NCBI GenBank assembly: GCA_030141605.1
Contig: JAQGDQ010000247.1
Location: 124,001 to 188,000, forward strand
Source: Tubiluchus corallicola
Taxonomy: Eukaryota; Animalia; Priapulida
Direction of reading: 5' to 3'
Length of the DNA: 64,000 nt
Within the stretch, counting starts at the first letter, position 1, and the number at the start of each line of letters is the position of its first letter. Both the position numbers and the translations under genes were made by a program. This document shows, in pieces, positions 54,349-64,000 of this stretch. The notes below the pieces were generated by a model, which did not search any database, was not told where the DNA came from, and was given only the letters and a program-made list of their open reading frames with translations.

Positions 54349-55733
54349 TTGGATATAAGCTAAACTAACCGTAGCAAACGTTCGTCTAAGGGCTTAACTT
54401 AACTACCGGCCACCCCTGGGGAAATGCTAGCAAGTTAATGCATTGAAAGCAGCATTCAGGGTTGTGACGTCACATGTAAATTAGCAGCATCCATGAAACA
54501 TTTCGTTGCTAAACTTCATACACAATCTCAATGTCTGGCATGACTTCAACTCGTGTAGGATCACGTTCATATTGAACATTTTTCAATTGTGAAAACCATT
54601 AGTCCATCTGTACTCAGGACACGCTGCATAGTAAGGCAAAGAATAAATCAACTTACAGATCGGGATCCCGTGAAATAGTCTGAAGCTCTAGACACCTCTT
54701 GCTGGCCTCAAATAAACAAGAGAACTGTCGTGTCCTTCTCGTCTATCGCTCAACCGGTAGTCCTCCAGCCACCAGTACTATCACCATAACATCTGGTACT
54801 TGGGAGTCCATTAACTGTAGCAACTTCCTCACCCATCAACATGACGGCAGCAATCAAAAGTAGTAAAATGGACAAACATTTTCGTTCGAAAGTTCAGCAA
54901 AACTGCAATTACGAAAAGTCTGACCTATGTAATGTTTTCAGGTCCAATACCAAAGCTCAACTGTTTTCTACCTTGTACACCTGTATCGTGACGAGTTTTC
55001 TGGGTCACCTCTCTCCACATTCACAAGTTGATCAGACGGCTTCATATCGCGCACAAAATTGAATGCTACAGACCAACCCGCAGAACTTAAATTCCTAAAT
55101 CTTGGGTTTAAAGGGCAACTGAACCATTTTTTTAATACTTGTTTTCAGGTTTAGTTGATAATATGACAATAGCTTGGTTGTCATATTAATTATTATTATT
55201 GATAACACCATCATTACATTATTTCTCATCAGACTTTCTGGGGGAAAATAAACAGTATGTTACACAGAACAGGCCCAATTTCTTCTCTGGATCATCTGAG
55301 GACATTACAGCGAACCTCAGCTGCTTTGTAACCCCTCTCAGTGCGAATTAACCCAGCCCCAGAGTCCTCCCATTCATTCAGGTAACTGTGGTCAGGCTGA
55401 AGAAAAATGATTAATAAAATTTTCGTTTTGTTTGCTGTTAAATTTTTATATTGTTCTTTTTCGATTTATATTAGGTGAGAGAGCAGACACTAGGCGAAAA
55501 TAATGCCTGCCCACATAATAAGCACCTGTCGACAGTAACACCGCTGCTTCTGAACGCTTTAGTATAGATAATTATTAAATGATAATTGATATAATTTTTG
55601 ATGCCCCTACAGTCTTCACGTACATAATATATCACAAGCTACTTATAAGAGTAGCAGACAAATAATGGAACGTCTCACACTTTAAAGTTTTTGAAACTAA
55701 ATGTACGCAAAAGCCAAAAAACATGAAAAATTC

Positions 55734-55808
55734 GGGATGCGGCATTGATTTTAACCAGGGTCCTTTCCCTTACCCAGCAGTGCCATAACAGCAAGATTAC
55801 CGTGTCCC
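55734..55808 (-). pseudogene. tRNA-derived relic
   Basis: 75 nt with complementary ends GGGACACGG / CCGCATCCC and a decayed B box GGTTAAAATC. Related to the + strand copy at 56164. Confidence 0.5.
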
Positions 55809-56163
55809 AGCAGTCACGATAGGCTTTCATGATGTTACAAATTCACAGTTAATTAAATTTTGAAACTAAATTTGAAAGACAGGAAATGTGAACTAATAAT
55901 AATCTTGATCAACATTCAAGATTATGACAATTAATGACAGGTCCTAGACTGCCTATTCATTTAAGAATTCGTTCGCTAACCCTAGAGTAATTACCAATGA
56001 ATTAGATTAATTTTATTAAAATAAATTGATTAAAGAGAACAAATTAGTTAAACTAAAGTAATCTAATTCGTTAGGATAGTATCAATGTAGTGGGTGGACT
56101 ACTCTAAGAAATGCCAAATGATTGGCCAGGCACAAGGATTAACTAGGATCTCTCAAGATCGCT

Positions 56164-56237
56164 GGGGGCAAGGTAGCACAGCGGTTGACATCCGCCAGGT
56201 CAGCCCAAAGTCCCTGGTTCAAATCCAGTCTGTGTTC
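56164..56237 (+). pseudogene. tRNA-derived relic / SINE head
   Basis: A box TAGCACAGCGG, B box GGTTCAAATCC within the T-arm CTGG/CCAG. The anticodon arm does not pair. Confidence 0.6.
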
Positions 56238-57246
56238 GGACATTTTTACATTATTGATATTTTTATGTAAGTTTTTTCAAAGATTTCAGTTAGTTGTTGA
56301 TTCGTTCCATCACTCTAAAGAATTATAACCGCCTGACAATAATCTTCAAATTATGACTGTAAATAATTAGTAGAAGAGAAAACATTCTACATTTTTATAT
56401 ATTTATTTGCAACATAAGTTCCAAAATCCACAATTTAAATTTAATTTCTTCCTACTGTGTGCTGCCACCTCATCACAAGAAATCACCCTAAAACAACCAA
56501 ATATTTTTGCTACTAGCAAAAAGTATATCACGACTGGCTTTCACAAAATTTGGACAAGTAAAAACTTAATTCTGCGCGTAGGTACTACGGTACGATATTT
56601 TTCAAGGGTATGAATTACGATATTTTTGTGTACTGTGTTGTAGGACTATTCGTAAGATCAGAACACAAGCTCATAAATGTTACTAGGAGGCATGCGCAAT
56701 AGGGAAGAATAAGCTACACAATCTTAAGGCTTTATCCACGACAAGCATTATGTAAAAGCAATTTAGAGGGTAGGTAAAATGCGGAAGAAGTAGAGACTCT
56801 ACGCAAGGAAATTTTTTCTCTGATGGTTCATGCAATATGGTGACACGCACGCAAATCTATTGCGACTTTGTCTAAATCTTGAGGCATTTTATGAAACTCA
56901 GACCTTGCAGTAAACTAACATACATCTTCCAATTCTATAATTTTGCTTTAATGTATGCATACACCAAGTTACTTGACCCCGAACAGCAAAGCAAACAAAT
57001 GCCAGTTAAAATCTGACCATTGAGGAGGTCATCGTTAAGAAAATCTATCATTCCCATCAAAACCAACAATCTCGCATTACCCGCAAAGCAACCAGCTGTT
57101 ATGAAAATAAACATTCAGCGTACAAGCTCAGTTAAACGCTGTCTAGAAGTTCATCAGTACCAGTAGTAGTAACCACTTATGCAACAAAACAAACCATTTT
57201 GATCATCATATTTTGTTCTACACACGTCAAGAACAGAGTCCGTCTA

Positions 57247-58088
57247 GGCCCATTTCACAGTAAGGGCGCAAGGAAAATGATGCACGGAACTACTGTCAGA
57301 AAATTTCCGATTTTTAACCAAATCTAATGCAGCAAGAAAGTTCATTTCACAGTGAAACACCGGGTTTTTTCGTGCGTCCAGTTAGCTGGAGGTAACTTTG
57401 AGAGTTGCAGGCAATAAGCTATCACTCGTCAACATGGACAACGAAGACGACGTTACCGAGTGCTTACTATTATTACTATAGTATTAATTACCGTCATTAT
57501 TGGGTACACCCAATTAACGAAACAAGACAGCATCATTGCGTTATTGCAACCTTGTATGCACATTAAAATACAATTAATAATATTAGTCAATGTAATGTTA
57601 GACCTGTTTGTCTTTTTCTAGTAAAGTCCTACTAACCACTTCAAAGTATGAAAATCTGCATATATAATATAAATATATGCTTGTTTTTTCACGAATATAG
57701 CCATCGCTGTTGCATTAATAAAACACAAAGTCGTCCTGTTAAAAGGGAGATGAAATCTTCTGATTTTATGCTGAAGTGTGTTAATTGTTGTGTGTTAAAC
57801 AAGGAAGAAATAACTGAGTAGTTAAATTTTAATAAGAATTCCACGAGGAATTCTCACGAAAATAGAACATGCAGTATTCCTACCATGTGGTAATTTTCAT
57901 TGTGAGGAGGACGCATAGGTTCTAGCTGGCGACAGGATTCCTCACGATGAATTTCACACTGAAAATTCCCCATGAGGCGTCACTGTGAAACGCGCTATAG
58001 AAAACAATGTGTTGCATTTTCGTGAGGAAAACCACCAGGAATTTCTCCTCAAAGCATTTTAATGTGCGTCCTCACTGTGAAAGGGCCC
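57247..58088. mobile_element. PIF/Harbinger-like MITE
   Basis: TIRs GGCCCATTTCACAGTAAGGGCGCA / TGCGTCCTCACTGTGAAAGGGCCC, with internal copies of TTTCACAGTG and GAGGAATT motifs. Confidence 0.7.
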
Positions 58089-58701
58089 AGTAAAGCAAAT
58101 CTGCGGACATTGTTCTGGCTATGTAAGAATCCCTCGGTAATGGCACACGTGTCTTTCAATGTTGCTAAGAACTTCACAAGAACGAAACTTGCAAAATTTA
58201 TGATTTGTCCACCAGATTTCTGTAATTCTTTCAAATTTATTACCACTGGGAATTTTCTGTAAGTCTAACTGATGCTGTCGCTACAGATGTTGATGCAAAT
58301 CAGGTTCATCTATACCCCCTTCAATGCCGACGCGCATCTTGCTTCTTCTATTGTAGTTTAGAACTTTTGTTTCCAATGAGATTTTTTGTTTTGTTTTATC
58401 TTTATAATCAGCGAAAGTAAAACAGAAGAGTAACAGATAAAGGAAAAGAGAAATGGAATAATGTAAAGAAGATATGAGAACATAATAATATCTTTATTTT
58501 GTCTTGTTACAGACATAATGCAAAAGATACTTCGGAAACATTTTGTAAAGAGATGGCAGCGAAAGACCAATTGGTAATCTAGTCAGCTCCCTGACAGAAA
58601 AGAAGAACATAAAGAGAGGTAAAGTGCTTTGGTTGCACAATCAACTTACTATTAACTTTGTTTATGCAGTCAAAGTTACTACTTTCCTTCTGTTTATATC
58701 C

Positions 58702-58757
58702 TTCTCTTCTCTTCTCTTCTCTTCTCTTCTCTTCTCTTCTCTTCTCTTATCTCTTCT
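58702..58757. repeat. (CTTCT)n microsatellite
   Basis: Directly visible. Confidence 0.9.
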
Positions 58758-59919
58758 TCGCCTTGTTCCATTTTCCTCTTTACATTGTCTGATACTCTTC
58801 TGTCTTGCTTTTGTTGATTGCAATGTTTCTGTTTTAACTGTGAGTAATGTTTGACATGATACCAACTGTTAATGTTTTGATAACTGTAGACAGTTGGACA
58901 AAAAGTCATTAATATATTACTCAAAAAATGGTGAATAAGCTACGTTTTCTTTTACACGAAATGATTGAACCTCCAGAAATGAGAAAACGAAATGATTGAA
59001 AAAAACAAGAGTAGATAAAAACCAACAAAGACATGAAAAGTAGAATAAACAGCATTTGGATAAACAACAATTATCTGCTGTTGCTGCCATTTGCAGCACC
59101 AATGGCCAAAAGTCGCTAGAAGGGGGTCGATTATAGGAGTTTCATAACGAGAATGTCATCAAATGTTCCTTTCTTTTTTTTGTTGACTTTTAAGGAAGAA
59201 CTGATAGGAATTAGAAAAATAGATTATTAGAAAATTAGAAACAGTTAAAAATAAGTAAAATAATAAAGACATTTAAATCGCTTAATGTAGTTTTAGCTTT
59301 CTCAAATAAATCAATCTCAGGCAAATTGCGTGAATGTGCCTATTGTACGTTTGTTTTTGTATCTATGGTTTTGAAAATTTTTAAAAATATGGTTCTGTTG
59401 AAAAAATAATATTCTTTAGGTTTGAATTTTTTCAAATCAACAATGGCATAAAAAATTGTTTCTGGAAAACGAAACATCATTTTATTTCGATTACTGCTAA
59501 GACATAATTTAAATTACATTTATACAACTAGTTTATTTAATAACATGAGCATTTTAATAAGTAAATTGCATAAAACTAGCAATCTGAACTTCTAATGCAT
59601 TTTAATCTGTTGCATTTCACTATAATGTATCTTAATCTGCATTTCAAATACATGAAGACACTAAAACACTGTAATGCATATCTTTTGATACTCTCTTAGC
59701 TTTTAGTTACTTCCTACTTCTCGAAGTCTTCACAGCTCAGTTTACACTCTACTGGTAGCCTGTGGTTTTAGATACTGATCTCCAATATTCGTTTGACTTT
59801 CTGTAAACTTTACACAGCTGTAGCCATACGTGCTGCTTTTGAAACATGCGTTCTCTCTCTACATTCACATCGACTTCTATCTACCAGTCTCTATTATTGC
59901 ACCTTTTTAACTCATATGT

Positions 59920-60085
59920 TTAGCTCTTGCTGCTACCCGTGGTGCTTGACTCGCTGCTGCTACTGCTTGTGTCACTTTGATTCCAGCCATCTTGCTGTCC
60001 TGGTCGAGGTCGCCGGTAAACAATTTCAGAGTTACCCTCCTCTTGTACAGAAAATCTGGCTACGGTGAACAGATAGTCACTGAGT
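59920..60085 (-). CDS. MMAB: cob(I)alamin adenosyltransferase, last coding exon
   Basis: Acceptor ttttttcttag|. Reads LSDYLFTVARF..EIVY, completing the NRLSDYLF signature. Stop TAA at 59920-59922. Confidence 0.93.
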
Positions 60086-60320
60086 CTAAGAAAAAACATA
60101 AGATCTTTCCGAAAACATCTTTGCAAAATCAGTAGTGTGTTTGCAAATTATATGTAACAGTTGGGATCCTAACATTTAACGGCAAGGCCTAATTAATGGA
60201 GAAAGTTGTTGGGATCAAAACTTAATTCATCACCTAGGGAATAAATTGTCTTCCTGAAAAAGTGGTGCCTGGCTCAAGATAAATAGCCAAAGGCAGCATG
60301 GCAGGAAAAACCTCTAAAAA

Positions 60321-60385
60321 GCGATTTCCTGGTGGTCACCCACCTATTTATAACCTAGCCCAGAGTTGCTTAACTTTGCTGCCAA
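60321..60385 (-). pseudogene. 5S rRNA-derived fragment (pseudogene or SINE3 head) in an MMAB intron
   Basis: Minus strand AAGTTAAGCAACTCTGGGCTAGGTTATAAATAGGTGGGTGACCACCAGGAA aligns with the 5S box A - IE - box C region. Confidence 0.6.
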
Positions 60386-60743
60386 GCAAGCGCCATTCAG
60401 GTATTCCCCTTGCTCCAAAACAAAATTAACATGACTGTACATATACATTAACCGCACAAACAAACTTGAATACACCAAATAAGAAATATTTACAAAATAG
60501 TCAACATTTACAAAACCGAGTTTGTGCAACATTCTAGGATTACCGGAAGAAACAACTCTGGAGAAAAAGCCAGATAATCAGGTAACAAGTATACATGCAT
60601 TCGATGACACTAGCAAACTTGATTAGTCCTTATTTAGTCCTATTATTATAAGAAGTCAAATAACATTACTTCAAATTATTCTACAGTACAGTAGAATGAA
60701 GAAATCAATGAAACGTTTTCTTAGTTAACTGTTTCAAACATAC

Positions 60744-60797
60744 CGGTTTAAGTACCTGAGAGGTTCTCCATCTATTTCATCCCTTATTGAGGCAAGT
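60744..60797 (-). CDS. MMAB: cob(I)alamin adenosyltransferase, internal exon (54 nt)
   Basis: ttttacag| LASIRDEIDGEPLRYLNR |gtatgt. Phases match the neighbouring exons. Confidence 0.9.
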
Positions 60798-61943
60798 CTG
60801 TAAAACAATAAGCTTTAATGTTATTGATATAAATGCATAATTATGTACATGTGAATGTGACATAATGACAAAACATGGCTTGGCAAAATAAATATCATGT
60901 TTTTACCCTTAGATTATGAAAAAATCAGTGAGTAAGGTAAAGTTTTTGAAATTTTTTTGCAACTATTATTCAAATTACTGACTGTATCATTGTTAACATA
61001 CCGATCAGTATCATATGTAATTCACAGGAGACGAAAATAGCCATGAAGTCTTAGCGGCACGTATTTAGCAATAAAAGTTAAGCAATACTGAACCTGGATA
61101 GCAAATTGATGGGCGATTGCTTGGAAAATAGTTTTGCAATCTGTCACGCTGCCCAGCCATTATTTTGACAAGAGAGGATGCATGGAATGTGGGCAACACA
61201 CATCTGCTATTTCAGTGTCCAATGGACACTAATATGAGGGATAGCAGTTCTGCCACAATTATTTACATTAACTCTGTCCCCTGCTGTTGAACTACATAAA
61301 CAAAAAAAACAGCGAACGTAAGTTCGCCGATTTTATCAAATGATCGTGAAAGAGATGCAAGGTTCCAAAGTTGCTGGTAGATGGTAGCACTGTTCAAAAT
61401 GATAGATGCTTGTACTGCACAATACTGAGGTAATATGACAACGGAATGCACAAGTTGCTGACAATATAGGACGAAAGACCCATAGATGAGAAAAATATTT
61501 GCCACAGTATTTGACTGCTCAAAAAATTTTGAAGTCGTTCATTAGTCTTCACAGCTAGCAGTGTTAGGTCTACAAAGGAAAAAACAAATCTGTAATATAT
61601 GGATTATGACAGTAATGTTTCAAGTTTTTGAATTACATGCAAAATTTAAAAATAATACGAACATTCTAATAACTTGGTAGAATAAAAAGTTAATTCAGAT
61701 TACGATAAAAATTAATGACTAAATAATTTGTTAATTCAATGGCAGATTTGCACGATGGATGAACAGGTGGTGGGCAGAAAGTCAGAAGGTAGATAAACGA
61801 ATAAACAGACATGATAATCAGCATTCTCTAAACAACACGTGCTGATTATCACCCCTATATGATTCTCAGTCTTTAGCATTTCAGTAACTTGGGAGTTGTT
61901 ACATCTGCCAACAACTTAGCACTGCATTAATACTGAAACTTGC

Positions 61944-62008
61944 CGTCTTTCAGCTCTTCGACAAATTGCTCTGCACAAATGAAGAGATGAGCTGCATTTC
62001 CCACCAGA
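61944..62008 (-). CDS. MMAB: cob(I)alamin adenosyltransferase, internal exon (65 nt)
   Basis: ttgcag| SGGKCSSSLHLCRAICRRAER(R) |gcaagt, containing the PduO-type RxxxRRAER signature. Confidence 0.92.
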
Positions 62009-62991
62009 CTGCAACAGAACAGACACGTGAACTGCATTAATCAGTCAAAACGAAAGTTAGGTGAACAATTTAAACAAATTTCCCAAATTGAAGCTAGCAT
62101 TATGAATGATAGAGCAAAAGCCTAAAAACGATTTCAACTGCTATTCCTTTTGAAAAACTATTTTGATAGTCATTCTAAAGCGACCAATTACCTAATAAGA
62201 GGTTTAGCAATATGCGTCATTACAAAAGTACTTTTATCTTCTTGGCCACTTGGAAAATGTACTATGCTATGCAGTGGCATAGAAATAAGATGGATAGTAA
62301 GAAAATGGAAGACCTACTGTTCTGTCGGCAAACTACCACACAATTACTAACAATGTTGGACAAACAATGGGCCTCTCTTAACAAACGGCAGTTTCTTCAA
62401 GCCGAATAGAGCATATTCAAAATATTAATGTCTATAATCACGGATAGTTAATTTAGATTTGAATGAGTGATCTTTTTGGTGTTTCATTACAGCAAAGATG
62501 CAAACAGCTTGACTAGGAATATTCTGGAACTGAAGACACATGTAATTGATAATAATTTGCATTCCCATGTTGAAAAAGTTACAGCAGAGCAGGAAGATAT
62601 GAGCTTCATGCCAAAATGAAAAGAAAATGATAATAATACAGTTTTTATTTCTCATTTTTCAGCATCTCCTTTTTCCAAATCATTACCCACAATGGGTAAT
62701 AACTGGTAAAATAAGCCGCAATGGTTTATAAAAATTCTGGCAATCACAGTCATAATTAATTAATGATATCGCTAGTGGCTAGCTAATTTGGGAAAGTATT
62801 GATACCGTATTGCCAATACGTACAAAAAGTTTTCAGCAATAGAACATAAATCGTATTTTAGTACCCAGTTGTACAAGATAGGATGCTCTACTGTTACACA
62901 TGTTTTGCTATAATATCTAAACTTACTTAAAAATTAAGATACTTCACTTATCAGCTAAATTACGGAATGTGTATGGAGCGAAATGTCTTAC

Positions 62992-63089
62992 TGGTATGAT
63001 GAAATTTTTCAAAGGTGGAAGTTTTTCGGTATATGCATCAATCCACTGTTCCAAATCATTCACGTGACCCACACTAAACTGAGTTTTTT
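62992..63089 (-). CDS. MMAB: cob(I)alamin adenosyltransferase, internal exon (98 nt); upstream exons probably lie beyond the window
   Basis: cttacag| KTQFSVGHVNDLEQWIDAYTEKLPPLKNFIIP |gtaaga, matching the LEQWID..LPPL..FILP signature. Confidence 0.93.
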
Positions 63090-63329
63090 CTGTAAGAGAA
63101 ACAAACCAGATTTGTATGCTTAATAAACAAAAGTAAACCATTAGATTTACTCATCCATAATTAACAAAAATGCACTGAAAAAATAGCAAAACCATACTTA
63201 TTATTCAAGTAGTATGCAAATATTATTCTACGATTCTAATACTATAACGTCTCAATCAACGTATTTCAGATTTGTTTCTTCCTTTGCAGACCTAACAGTG
63301 CTAGCTTCCAAAACTGCCGCCTCAAAATT

Positions 63330-63700
63330 TTTTGGCAGTCAGTTACTAAGACACCTATTTTTCTCATATATAGGTTTTCTTGCTTCCCATAACTTACAAA
63401 ATTTGGATTCTCTCTGATCTTTTGAGTAAAACTCGAGTAAAACTTTTGTTTAATAACAGAATCTGGACATTAGCATGTACAACTGACAGATTACCCATTA
63501 CTAGGTCAGGGTTCAACTCAACATCATCTGGTAATAGTAACAAACACCTTAAAAACAGGGGCTTACATTTACAAATAATTGATAAAGTAGTAATGGAATA
63601 AACGAATGGAACAGGCAAGCTTGCACATAAAATAGTAGTCAGGATAGGAATTAACATTACATCAAATGCTAGTTGTGCAGAAAAACACACATCTACATGG
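63330..63700 (-). mobile_element. 5' part of an APE-type (CR1/L2) LINE ORF2 relic with a 2A-like motif
   Basis: LLLLPDDVELNPDLVMGNLSVVHANVQ is a decayed LLLxGDVELNPGP followed by the first strand of the endonuclease. Stops follow. Confidence 0.65.
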
Positions 63701-64000
63701 CTAAAATTATAAAATGACTAATGCAGGATTTGAGACATGCAATTACAGGAACGATTATAAAACAATGGCATAAAAAAGGACAAACCCAATCTAATAGTTC
63801 TGACAGCAAAAAATTAGGCTTAGTGGGGCACACAATCATGGGTGACAAGAGCTTATAACACCACTATGATAGCAGCTTACTGATATGTGCTTCCCTGGCT
63901 TGGCTCAATGGTGTAGCTACGGTAGATCCGACATCCTGTAGAACACATTGTATTTTTTCCAGCTCATTTACAAAGCAATGTTCCTTTTCCTTGCAAAATT

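Noticed and set aside
56164-56237. Functional tRNA gene
   Set aside because: The anticodon and D stems do not pair and the acceptor stem is poor. Treated as a tRNA-derived relic.

Overview
AT-rich, intron- and transposon-rich animal (invertebrate-type) genomic DNA, not prokaryotic. Genes I can support: (1) a + strand gene with a ~4.9-kb coding exon (ATG 28349, donor after 33086) and a probable terminal exon (34585-34742). It encodes a ~1630-aa, mostly disordered protein with an MGxxxS myristoylation start. (2) Three tandem paralogues with uninterrupted CDSs (36397-42446) encoding ~290-aa membrane-anchored proteins with divergent GT-A glycosyltransferase motifs. This is the best candidate for undescribed biology. 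(3) An intact U6 snRNA gene with PSE-like and TATA elements (48914-49020). (4) The last four coding exons of MMAB (cobalamin adenosyltransferase) on the - strand, including a GC-AG intron. The remainder is a dense mosaic of TTAA-flanked Kolobok-like MITEs (3 families, about 11 copies), piggyBac, hAT, Harbinger-like and MULE-like MITEs, nested solo LTRs, RTE and CR1/L2 LINE relics (one with a decayed 2A-like peptide), tRNA- and 5S-derived relics, 50- and 55-bp tandem arrays and many microsatellites. All calls were made by eye without database searches. Boundaries of degenerate repeats are approximate.
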